Position numbers and translations under genes: made by a program | The notes under the pieces: model-generated | Told to the model about the DNA's origin: nothing | The model's database searches: none | What the model saw: the letters and a program-made list of their open reading frames with translations, nothing else | In this document: piece by piece, positions 9,588 through 17,896 of the stretch | How the letters are laid out: each line of letters starts with the position of its first letter | Numbering within the stretch: the first letter of the stretch is position 1 | NCBI GenBank assembly: GCA_965203565.1 | Contig: OZ241896.1 | Location: 41,707-105,706 of the forward strand | Direction of reading: 5' to 3' | Length of the DNA stretch: 64,000 nucleotides | DNA from: Vicinamibacterales bacterium | GTDB lineage: Bacteria > Acidobacteriota > Vicinamibacteria > Vicinamibacterales > UBA8438

Positions 9588-9870
9588 TACTGCCGGACGT
9601 AGCCGTAGGCCCGGTCGAAGAGCCCCGTACAGGGACGCCCGACCGCTGAAATCGCCGTCCTTCGACACGATGGTGAAGCCGTGTCGCTGTGCGAAAGTAC
9701 AGATGGCAACGGCCCACTTCAGGTCAACCGGCCGAAGCCCCGTCAACCGTCGTTCGTGTCTGGCCGACGGGCTGTCCTCGAAGGCGCCTTCGCATCGGCG
9801 ACGTTGACCCGGTCACGTTCCGATGCCAGGATCAGCAACACGCCCTCGCCAACGGACGCCGCCGCGCCCT
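9581..9870 (-). pseudogene. possible PIN-like (DUF5615-type) toxin gene remnant, frameshifted
   Basis: Minus-strand pieces in different frames read GVLLILASERDRVNVADA / EGAFEDSPSARHERRLTGLRPVDLKWAVAICTFAQRHGFTIVSKDGDF / GLFDRAYGYVRQYY-stop. The ...A..HGF.IVSKDGDF segment looks like the C-terminal acidic motif of PIN-like toxins. At least two frameshifts are needed. Confidence 0.25.
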
Positions 9871-10004
9871 GGGTCGTTCGGTTGCGCGTCGTGTGCGCGC
9901 CAAGTTGATCCGTCGGGCCATGATTCAGTCGTTCGCCGATGACACCGCCGCCGATCATCGCCAGAGACCCCGGTTGGCCGGGACCCGCCATCTCGCCCGG
10001 AGAG

Positions 10005-10787
10005 ATGCTGCTGACGGTGAACCGCCGTCTGGACGCCATCGAGCGCGAAGAGGGCGTGCGGGTGCTGTTCGCCTGCGAGTCCGGCAGCCGCGCCTGGGGG
10101 TTCGCCTCGCCCGACAGCGACTACGACGTACGGTTCGTCTACGCGCATCCGCGCGACTGGTACCTCTCCATCGGCGACCAGCGCGACGTGATCGAGCGCC
10201 CGATCGTGGATCTGTACGACGTCAACGGCTGGGACCTGCGGAAGGCGCTGCGGCTCTTCAGGAAATCGAATCCGCCGATGCTCGAATGGCTCGGCTCGCC
10301 GATCGTCTACCGCGAGCGCACGGCCGCCGCCGCCAACCTGCGCCGGATCGCCGCGCGCAGCTTTTCGCCGCGCGCCTGCGCGTTCCATTACCTGCACATG
10401 GCGAGAGGCAACTACCGCGAGCACCTGCGGGCCGATGCCGTGCCCCTCAAGAAATACCTGTACGTCCTGCGCCCGCTGCTGGCCGTCCGGTGGATCGAGC
10501 GGAATCCGGGAATCGTTCCGACCGAGTTCCATCGCCTGGTCGACGCGATGGTCGACGACCCGCGACTCCGCGCGGCGATAGACGGCCTGCTCGAAAAGAA
10601 GCGGCGCACCCCGGAACTCGCCCGCGGCCCGCGAATCGAAGCGATCGGCGCGTTCATCGAAGCGGAGCTCGCCCGGCACGAGTCCGGCTTCGCTATCGAC
10701 GCCGCGCCGCCGCCCGCGCTGGAGGAACTGGACGCGCTGTTCCGGACCGCGCTGCAGGAAGCGTGGTCCGCGGCCCCCGGACCCTGA
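10005..10787 (+). CDS. nucleotidyltransferase domain protein (RlaP/COG3541-like)
   Basis: The ORF opens at 9939, and the ATG at 10005 (MLLTVNRRLDAIE) is a likely start. CESGSRAWGFASPDSDYDVRFVY is the hG[GS]...D.D minimal NTase motif. The tail is a helical WDLRKAL...PPMLEWL region. Confidence 0.7.
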   Translation: MLLTVNRRLDAIEREEGVRVLFACESGSRAWGFASPDSDYDVRFVYAHPRDWYLSIGDQRDVIERPIVDLYDVNGWDLRKALRLFRKSNPPMLEWLGSPIVYRERTAAAANLRRIAARSFSPRACAFHYLHMARGNYREHLRADAVPLKKYLYVLRPLLAVRWIERNPGIVPTEFHRLVDAMVDDPRLRAAIDGLLEKKRRTPELARGPRIEAIGAFIEAELARHESGFAIDAAPPPALEELDALFRTALQEAWSAAPGP

Positions 10788-10905
10788 CGCGGGCGCGCGG
10801 CGCCTTGCCGCGAAGGTCACGGCGTGGCGGCTTCACGGAGACCGGCTCGGTCACTCAGTTCTTCCCGGGCTGCGCGCCGTCGTTCCATGCGGTAGACTGC
10901 CAGGC

Positions 10906-12306
10906 ATGCACGAGCCTCCGCTGCTGCGACTCCAACGTATCGAGGTCGACGGCCTCTTCGGTATCTACGACCACCGTATCGACCTCAACCTCCGTGATCG
11001 GGTCACGCTCCTGCATGGCCCGAACGGCGTCGGGAAGACCTCCGTGCTGCGTATGGTCGATGCCCTGCTGCGAAACGACTTCGCCTGTTTCAAGCGCATA
11101 CCGCTCACGCGCTTTCTTCTGGGTTTCGAGGACGGCAGCACTCTGGAACTGCAGGCGTCCCGCGGCCCCGAAAACCACGAGGGATCAGGTGCAGGCGAAC
11201 TGAAGTTGACGAGGGCGGACGGCACTTCCAACACCGACCCAGTGGACCTCCGCCCGTCCGAAGCGGCATCCATCGCCGCCCGAATCGAGTACCTCCAACC
11301 CCATCACCACCGCCGGGACGCCTGGATTGACGTGCGCGACGGCGAGGTGCTCTCCGAGCTCGACGTGCTTTCGCGGTTCGGCAACAATCGCGGCGAAGCA
11401 AGGCCCAGGCTCGGCTCCTTTTCCTTGTTCGATCATCCTCAGCTTTCCGGACCCGTGGACAGCTCGTCGAGCGGAAAATCACCGTGGCTCGACGCATTTC
11501 TGAAGAACACGAACGCCTTCCTGATCGAGGCGCAACGACTCGTGCGGACCGAATCGAGCATCCGGCCGAAAACCGGACTCTCGCGCGGTTCCTTCGCTTT
11601 CGTTTCCAGTGTCCTCGAGTGCAGCCTGGACTTTCAGCGACGTCTCGGCGACACGATGGCGGCGTATGGACGACACGCGCAGACCCTGGACCAGTCGTTT
11701 CCGCAGCGTCTGATTTCGCCGACGAACGAACTCGCTCCCGACGAACTCCGGGAACGCATGACGGCGCTCGACGAAAAGACGGACGAGCTTCGGGCGCTCG
11801 GCATCCTCCCAGCCATGTCTCAGGCCGAGCAGCCGGACGAGACACCCAATCGTCCTTTCGACGCCGCCAGCCTGGACAAAATGGATTCCACGCAGGCCCG
11901 GGTCATGACGCTCTACGTCGAGGACACCGAGCACAAACTCCGGGCCCTGGAGGATCTGGCGAACCGGCTCCATCTTCTTCTGAACAGCGTGAACGGAAAG
12001 TTCCGGAACAAGCGTGTGCGCCTCGACAGAGAAGAAAAGAGCCTTGTGGCGGAAGACCTGGGCCGCCACCAGCTACCGCTGGACTCGCTCTCGTCCGGCG
12101 AACAGCACGAGCTCGTGCTGCACTACGATCTTCTGTTCCGAGCTGCGCCCAACACCGTCGTCCTGCTCGATGAGCCGGAGCTCTCCCTGCACGTCGGATG
12201 GCAGAAGAAGTTTCTGTCCGATCTGACGGCCATCGTCGAACTGTCCGGTCTGGACGCCGTGGTCGCCACGCACTCGCCTTTCATCGTCGGCGATCGGACG
12301 ACCTGA
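10906..12306 (+). CDS. AAA_15/21-type ABC-like ATPase (AriA-like, PARIS-type)
   Basis: 466-aa ORF. Walker A is LLHGPNGVGKTS. The C-terminus has LSSGEQHELVLHYDLLF, Walker B VVLLDEPELSLH and ATHSPFIV. It is immediately followed by a DUF4435-like gene. Confidence 0.75.
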   Translation: MHEPPLLRLQRIEVDGLFGIYDHRIDLNLRDRVTLLHGPNGVGKTSVLRMVDALLRNDFACFKRIPLTRFLLGFEDGSTLELQASRGPENHEGSGAGELKLTRADGTSNTDPVDLRPSEAASIAARIEYLQPHHHRRDAWIDVRDGEVLSELDVLSRFGNNRGEARPRLGSFSLFDHPQLSGPVDSSSSGKSPWLDAFLKNTNAFLIEAQRLVRTESSIRPKTGLSRGSFAFVSSVLECSLDFQRRLGDTMAAYGRHAQTLDQSFPQRLISPTNELAPDELRERMTALDEKTDELRALGILPAMSQAEQPDETPNRPFDAASLDKMDSTQARVMTLYVEDTEHKLRALEDLANRLHLLLNSVNGKFRNKRVRLDREEKSLVAEDLGRHQLPLDSLSSGEQHELVLHYDLLFRAAPNTVVLLDEPELSLHVGWQKKFLSDLTAIVELSGLDAVVATHSPFIVGDRTT

Positions 12307-12353
12307 TGGTCGGTCTGGGCGACTGACAGCCCGGTTCCCCGGCAGACCCGACG

Positions 12354-13028
12354 ATGCAGGGACACAAGTCTCCCGGCATTCTGGTTGCCGAGATCACGAT
12401 GAGCCGCATGTCCCACGACGGCGCCTTTCTGCTGCTCGAAGGCAAGGACGACATCCGGTTCTGGCGATCGCGGCGCCACTCGAACTGCGAACTCGTCGAC
12501 GGCGAGGGCAAACCGAACGTCGTCGGAGCGATTCGACAGATCGACACGGCGCGGATCAGAGGCGCTCTCGGCATCGTGGACGCGGACTACGAGCTCCCGA
12601 CGAGCCCGCGCACCGAATCCAACAACTTGCTGTACACGGACGCCCACGACCTGGAGTGCCTTCTGTGTCGTTCGTCCGCACTCGACAAGGTGCTTGCCGA
12701 GCACGGCGATGCCGCGAAGATCCAGCGATTCGAGCACGACGCGGGCATCGACGTCCGCACCGCCCTTCTGGAACGGGCGCTGGCCTTCGGACGCCTGCGG
12801 TGGGTGGCCCGCGCCCGACGACCGGCGATTGCGCTGCGCGGAATAGCGGCGCCGCGGTTCGTGGACGAGAAAACGTGGACGGTAGACGGCGAGAAGTTGA
12901 TCCGCGAAACCGTTTCCGACGCCGATGCCCGGGCGGCCATCAAGATGCGCCTCGCGCAGCCCTGCAGGTCGCAGTGCTCACCGCCGCCAGCTTGGCCAAG
13001 CGCTGTTTTCCGGGCGCAGTGCGAGTAG
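12354..13028 (+). CDS. DUF4435/TOPRIM-like protein (AriB-like)
   Basis: 224-aa ORF. FLLLEGKDDIRFW...GIVDADYE is the Toprim-like E...DxD pattern of DUF4435/OLD-type nucleases. The C-terminal ~30 aa look frame-corrupted and overlap the start region of the next gene. Confidence 0.6.
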   Translation: MQGHKSPGILVAEITMSRMSHDGAFLLLEGKDDIRFWRSRRHSNCELVDGEGKPNVVGAIRQIDTARIRGALGIVDADYELPTSPRTESNNLLYTDAHDLECLLCRSSALDKVLAEHGDAAKIQRFEHDAGIDVRTALLERALAFGRLRWVARARRPAIALRGIAAPRFVDEKTWTVDGEKLIRETVSDADARAAIKMRLAQPCRSQCSPPPAWPSAVFRAQCE

Positions 13029-13075
13029 TTCTCGACGACCGGCTGGCCGCTTCTCCGCTCCTGCCGTGGCCGTCA

Positions 13076-14393
13076 ATGGGTCTGACGTTCGGCCAAGCAT
13101 TGTCGCGGGCCGCAGGAAGGCGACGGCTGCTTTCCGGTCACCGTGATCACAGCCGTGAACGCGACGGTACTGCCATCGTCTTTGGCGACGCAAATGCGCC
13201 GGACACGGCATTGCGCGTCACGTTCGACGGCTGGATCGCAGCTACCGGTCCGGCCGAAATGGTGGCTCGGTTGCCGGAACGCAGCAATTGCGTGCTCTCG
13301 GGCATCCTCGCCTCGTCGCTGGCGGTGTCGGAGATCTTCATGTCCTGCATGGGCGTCAGCGTGGCGGCGACCCGACGTCGGATTACACACTCTCTTTGGC
13401 GTCCCGGCGCGGACGTGCTTGATCCAGAAGCGCGGGGCGTGTCGATCGAGTTTCTGCCGAGAGCACTGTGGGTGTTGGGCCTGGGACACCTTGGCAACGC
13501 ATACCTGTGGGCGATCGCCGCCTTGCAACATCCCGATCCTGGCGAGGTCGAGGTGGTCCTGAACGACTTCGATCGGGTGGAGCCCGAAAACGTCGAAACC
13601 GGTCTGCTCTTCACGAACGTCGCACGCGGACAGTTCAAGACGCGGGTGTGCAGCGCATGGCTGGAAAAGCGAGGATTCCGGACGAGGATCGTCGAACGGC
13701 GGTTCGACGAGCATTTTCGCTGTCAAGCCGACGAGCCCCGGCTCGCGCTGTGCGGCTTCGACAACAACGCTGCACGAAGGCATCTGAAGGCGGCGGAGTT
13801 CGATCGCGTGCTCGAAAGCGGTCTCGGCGGGAAGGCCGATAATTTCGACACGCTTGCCGTTCACACCTTTCCGCAGTTCCGGCGCGTGGAGGAGTTATGG
13901 CGGGACGCTTCGCCAGAAGAAATTGCCGCCGACCATGAACACCGGATGCGCGCCGCGCAACAAAGCGCGGCCTATCAGCCCGTGGCGAAAGTCCCCGCTG
14001 CATTCGAGCGGCGATGCATCCCGCCTGACGGCGTTGTTCGTCGGTTGCGTATGCCCAATATGCGCCCTCCTCACGCCTTGTCAGCCGGGCGCCTCACCGC
14101 TCTCGGCGCGACGCGGGGATTCCACCACGGGCTGCTATGCCGGTATCGGGCACGACGAGTGCGGCAGATTCACGCTGGCAGGAAAGTCCATCGCCGTGCC
14201 GTTCGTCGGAACCGCGGCGGCGAGTTTCGTGCTTGCCGAAGCGATTCGACTTTTTCATCGGGGACCCGCGTGCAACGCCGTCAAGTTGCGGATGGCCACA
14301 CCGGCCCGTACACAGGTCGTGTCGGAACGGACGTATGTCGACAGTGATATCGAACGGCTCCTCTATTCACAGGCTCCAAAAGCGCGGTTCTGA
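13076..14393 (+). pseudogene. ThiF/E1-like adenylyltransferase gene interrupted by a MITE-like insertion
   Basis: The N-part (frame of 12656..) contains the Rossmann motif LWVLGLGHLGNAYLWAIAAL and LCGFDNNAARRHL. The C-part (frame of 13854..14393) reads YAGIGHDECGRFTLAGKSIAVPFVGTAAASFVLAEAIRL. Removing 13976-14134 plus one CTAT copy (163 nt) rejoins the frames into a 384-aa ORF. The true start is uncertain (ATG 13076 or GTG 12974). Confidence 0.75.
13976..14134 (+). mobile_element. MITE-like hairpin repeat, copy 1 (159 bp)
   Basis: Begins CAGCCCGTGGCGAAAGTCCCCGC and ends GCGGGGATTCCACCACGGGCTG. Flanked by direct CTAT (13972-13975 and 14135-14138). Confidence 0.85.
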
Positions 14394-14605
14394 TTGAAGT
14401 TAGAGCGCCAACGGTTGATCGCCGAGTGGACGGCTCGCGAGTAGCGTCTGATACGCAGGTCGTCGGTATCCATGTGTTCGCCGGCAACGTAGCGTTCAAG
14501 ACCTGCCTTGACGGGATCGACACGATCCTTGACTTGCCGCACCATGTCCCCGAACGCGACGCGCGTCCAGCCGGCCTTCACGCTTCCGGCCCGCAACCGT
14601 GTCAT
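14363..14605 (-). pseudogene. hsdS: type I R-M specificity subunit (hsdS) N-terminal fragment
   Basis: The 80-aa ORF starts immediately after the vapC stop (TGAATG). GWTRVAFGDMVRQVKDRVDPVKAGLERYVAGEHMDTDDLRIRRY resembles the first target-recognition-domain opening of HsdS. Similarity is lost after about 55 aa. Confidence 0.4.
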
Positions 14606-14983
14606 TCAGAACGCGATACGCTCGATGCGATCCACCCGGTCGAAGTGCGTGTCGTTGCTCAGAACCGGAAGATCGTATTGAAGGGCGAGCGCTGCTATCC
14701 AGGCGTCGTTGGTCGGAATTGGGTTGGCTGACCGTTTCAAATCCAGACGGATGTCAGCGTAGATCCCGGCAGCCGCGTGGGTGACGGCAGCGATCTCCAC
14801 ATCTGGGAGATGGTGGCGGAGCCAGTTTTCATAACGCCGACGGCGGCTGGATTGCCGGATGCCGAAGTAGTACTCGCCGAGGACGATGCAGGGAACGACG
14901 AGACGGTGAGCGGCTCGAAGAGCGGGTTCAACGGCCGGGAGTCCTTCGGCCCATGCCGACAAGGCGTTGGTGTCGAGGATCAT
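14606..14983 (-). CDS. vapC: PIN-domain toxin VapC
   Basis: MILDTNALSAW...LGEYYFG...NDAWIAALALQYDLPVLSNDTHFDRV carries the PIN acidic residues. The start overlaps the antitoxin stop by 4 nt (ATGA). Confidence 0.85.
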   Translation of the reverse strand: MILDTNALSAWAEGLPAVEPALRAAHRLVVPCIVLGEYYFGIRQSSRRRRYENWLRHHLPDVEIAAVTHAAAGIYADIRLDLKRSANPIPTNDAWIAALALQYDLPVLSNDTHFDRVDRIERIAF

Positions 14984-15249
14984 GCGACCTCGTCGGCGGG
15001 CAGCTTCTCGAACTCGTCCTCTATCAAGGCGGCGATGCGACGGTTCTCGTCCCGGAGATCGGCCAGCGCACCGAACCCGGCCATCCAGGGCGGCTCGGCG
15101 TCGCCACCGGATGTCGTGGGCGCGGAAGCGCGGCGCAGTTTTTCGTCGAGTGCTTCGGTGACGAACTGCTTCAGAGTCACGCCGCGGTCGGCGGCCACGG
15201 CCTTCGCCTGCCGGAGCGCGGCGGCGGGCAGATCGAGCGTGGTCTTCAT
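14980..15249 (-). CDS. vapB: VapB-type antitoxin
   Basis: 89-aa ORF MKTTLDLPAAALRQAKAVAADRGVTLKQFVTEAL..., a typical small antitoxin N-terminus, translationally coupled to vapC. Confidence 0.75.
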   Translation of the reverse strand: MKTTLDLPAAALRQAKAVAADRGVTLKQFVTEALDEKLRRASAPTTSGGDAEPPWMAGFGALADLRDENRRIAALIEDEFEKLPADEVA

Positions 15250-15419
15250 GCCGGCATGTTCCCACATCCACGGGGAGCCAGGCAATTTTCCAGGCGCAAC
15301 CGACGCGGCCACGCTTGCAACCCGACCTTCACGCCGAACCCGCGAGCCGGATCGTCTTCGGCGGGCGCGCGGCCACGCTTGCAACCGGGCCCTGTGCCGA
15401 GCCCAGCCCGCGCCGGCCG

Positions 15420-16411
15420 CTACCCATCGGCCTTCTGCTCCGCCACCACGCCGTCGAGCATCTCCACCACTTCGTCCATCCGCCGCCAGAAGTCCCGGCT
15501 GCCGGCGTCGAACTCGGCCCACGCGCTCCGCAGGTCGCCGGCCGGCCGCCGCACGTAGCGCGGGATCGACAGGTTCCCGTCGTTGGCGAGCACGTCGGCC
15601 GTCGTGGCCACCGCGGCGAAGCCCGGCTCGTCGGCGAACGCCCGGTACGCCTTCAGAATCCGCTGCTGGTGCGCCGCCGTGCAGGAAGCTCTGCGCGCGC
15701 TCGCGCGCCACTTCGCGCACCGCGTCGAGGAACAGCACCCGGCCGCGGCGCTTCGGCGGCTTGCGGGTGCGGCAGACGACGACGCACGCCTCCATCGGCG
15801 AGTTGTAGAACAGGTTCGGCCCGAGGCCGAGCACGCAGTCGACGAGGTCGCGCTCGATCAGGGCGCGGCGCATCGCGGCCTCCTCGTTGCGGAACAGGAC
15901 GCCGTGCGGGAAGAGGATGGCGCAGCGGCCGGTCCGCGCGGAACGCGTTCCGCAGCGCCCGGCCGACGTCGCGCGCCGCCCCGCGGACGTCGGACCAGTG
16001 GGCGCCGTCCGGGATGGCGAACCGGTCGTCGGCCGGCGCCCGCGCGTAGCCTTCGTCGCCGGTCTCGTCGAGGGCGGCGCGGCGCTCCTCGTCCCAGACG
16101 TCGGAGAGGCGCTTGAAGAAGAGCAGCGTGAAGGCGTATTGCTTGTAGTCGCCGGCGTCGACCAGCCCGCGCAGGAGGTTGGCGGCGCCCCAGAGGTACG
16201 ACTCCAGCGCCGGCCGGCCGAGGCGTTCGACGGGTGCGCTTACCAGCCCGTGGCGGAAGTCCCCGCTGCATTCGAGCGGCGATGCATCCCGCCTGACGGC
16301 GTTGTTCGTCGGTTGCGTATGCCCAATATGCGCCCTCCTCACGCCTTGTCAGCCGGGCGCCTCGCCGCTCTCGGTGCGACGCGGGGTTCCACCACGGGCT
16401 GTTACGGTCAC
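15420..16411 (-). pseudogene. hsdM: type I R-M methyltransferase hsdM, degraded (MITE insertion, internal deletion, frameshift)
   Basis: The HsdM_N-like part reads LESYLWGAANLLRGLVDAGDYKQYAFTLLFFKRLSD. It joins near 15930-15950 directly to GRCAILFPHGVLFRNEEAAMRRALIERDLVDCVLGLGPNLFYNSPMEACVVVCR...RGRVLFLDA. After a 1-nt frameshift near 15665 comes TAAHQQRILKAYRAFADEPGFAAVATTADVLANDGNLSIPRYV. Only about 276 codons remain, against roughly 500 expected. The GTG start overlaps the upstream vapC stop, and the MITE sits after codon 3. Confidence 0.75.
16244..16401 (+). mobile_element. MITE-like hairpin repeat, copy 2 (158 bp)
   Basis: Same termini as copy 1. Flanked by direct TTAC (16240-16243 and 16402-16405). 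Four differences from copy 1. Confidence 0.85.
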
Positions 16412-16836
16412 GCCAGCGGATTCTTCCACCGCAGGCCGGGGAACCGCGCCATGTCGGCATCGGTCGAGTGGAGCTCCGCCTGGTGCTCGATCGCCAGGGC
16501 CGCCAAGTGCGCGTCAGTGGTCAGGTTGCCCGCCACGCCGACTGCGTCGAGAAGGTCGAACAGGATGTCGGCGTGACGGTCGCCCGGGTGGATGAGGATG
16601 GCCTGCGGCCGGGCAATCCACGAGCGGACGCGGCTGCATGCGCCGCCGACGTCAAGGGGGTTCTGGAGGATCCTCCCATGCGTCGTGACACGAATGAAAC
16701 CGAGGATGGCGTTCCAGGGAAGGCCCACGCTGGTCGTCCCGCTCAACAGCGTTTCCCACCAAGCTCGCGCGGCGTCGTGTCGGCGCGACGTCGCATCGTG
16801 GGCGTAGACCAGCAGGTTGACGTCGGGAACGATCAT
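16408..16836 (-). CDS. vapC: PIN-domain toxin VapC
   Basis: MIVPDVNLLVYAHD...WNAILGFIRVTT...NLTTDAHLAALAIEHQAELHSTDADMARF. The start overlaps the antitoxin stop by 4 nt. Confidence 0.85.
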   Translation of the reverse strand: MIVPDVNLLVYAHDATSRRHDAARAWWETLLSGTTSVGLPWNAILGFIRVTTHGRILQNPLDVGGACSRVRSWIARPQAILIHPGDRHADILFDLLDAVGVAGNLTTDAHLAALAIEHQAELHSTDADMARFPGLRWKNPLA

Positions 16837-17180
16837 CGGCGCAGCTTCCCGGCGACCTCCTCGGCCTCCAGCTCGTCCGCGAGCTGGTTGAGCCGGTCGA
16901 CGTCGACGCCCGGCTTGAAGCCGAAAGCGTGCGGCTTCACCTTGAACCGCGCTTCGACCTCTTCCATGATGGCCGGAACCGTCTTCCCGCTCGGGCCGCT
17001 GCCGAGACCTTCCCGGACCGCGGCCCCGAGGGCTTCCATCCCCGCGCTCCGTTCCTGGTCGCGACGAATCAGGTCCCGGATGTACTCGCTGTCGTTGGTG
17101 AAACGGCCGGCGACGATCTGCGCCTTGATCCACCCATCCTGCAGATCGGTCAGTGTGATGGTCTTGCGGACGGTTCCCAT
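16833..17180 (-). CDS. ParD/CopG-like RHH antitoxin
   Basis: 115-aa ORF. TITLTDLQDGWIKAQIVAGRFTNDSEYIRDLIRRDQER matches the ParD-family ribbon-helix-helix N-terminus. It is coupled to the downstream PIN gene. Confidence 0.65.
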   Translation of the reverse strand: MGTVRKTITLTDLQDGWIKAQIVAGRFTNDSEYIRDLIRRDQERSAGMEALGAAVREGLGSGPSGKTVPAIMEEVEARFKVKPHAFGFKPGVDVDRLNQLADELEAEEVAGKLRR

Positions 17181-17470
17181 TTTGCGACCTCCAGAAATGC
17201 TCTCGCAGTCATACTATCGGTGCATGTTAGCACGATCCGTCGTTTCCAGCGCGCTCCGAGCCACTCGCGCCCGGCGGCGAGGAACAGCGTCTTGCCGCGG
17301 CGCTTCGCCGGCGAGCAACTGGGTCATATACTCGTTCCGGTGTCCGGTTCCCCCGCGATGATGCAGGATGACGGAATGCGTATGACGCTGAACCTCCCGC
17401 CGGAACTGCTCGACGAAGCGCATCGGTCCGACGCGCGCTGCGGCGTCGGGCGCGCTGCTCGCGCTCAGCA

Positions 17471-17742
17471 TTCTCGCTCATCGGCCGCATCGGGTTCGGC
17501 GCGCCTCGGCCGGCGCTCCCGCCCTCGCCCTGGCTGGATCGGGCGCCTTTGCCCTACCAGCCCGTGGCGAAAGTCCCCGCTGCATTCGAGCGGCGATGCA
17601 TCCCGCCTGACGGCGTTGTTCGTCGGTTGCGTATGCCCAATATGCGCCCTCCTCACGCCTTGTCAGGCGGGCGCCTCACCGCTCTCGGTGCGACGCGGGG
17701 ATTCCACCACGGGCTGCTACGCGCAGGTGGACGCCGCCGCCG
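17471..17742 (+). pseudogene. 3-prime remnant of a second autotransporter-like adhesin gene, carrying MITE copy 3
   Basis: 17471-17557 aligns to 23615-23701 (76 of 87 nt by manual alignment). It translates FSLIGRIGFGAPRPALPPSPWLDRAPLPY, against FSLIGRIGFGAPRTALPPAPWMNPPSLHY in the intact gene. 17717-17742 continues the match to 23698-23725. Confidence 0.7.
17558..17716 (+). mobile_element. MITE-like hairpin repeat, copy 3 (159 bp)
   Basis: Flanked by direct CTAC (17554-17557 and 17717-17720). Two differences from copy 1. Confidence 0.85.
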
Positions 17743-17896
17743 GCCTCCTCGCCACGCCTCCGGGCGCAGAAGGCGAATGCGGGTCACCTCGAAATCGGGA
17801 TCACTGCAAGTGATGAATCCATGCTATTGTGGACCGTTTGCCTCGTGCCGGTTTCTTCTTCTGTGGCCAACATGCTCATGAATTCCCTGCGGCCCC

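Noticed and set aside
13854-17813. Recurrent ORF-track peptides MRRAHIGHTQPTNNAVRRDASPLECSGDFRHGL... and ...SPWRKSPLHSSGDASRLTALFVGCVCPICALLTPCQ..., appearing as N-termini or interiors of several ORFs (also near 37566 and 53855).
   Set aside because: These are translations of the 159-bp repeat itself, which lacks stops in some frames. The element is too short and too palindromic to be a gene, and its reading frame differs between contexts.
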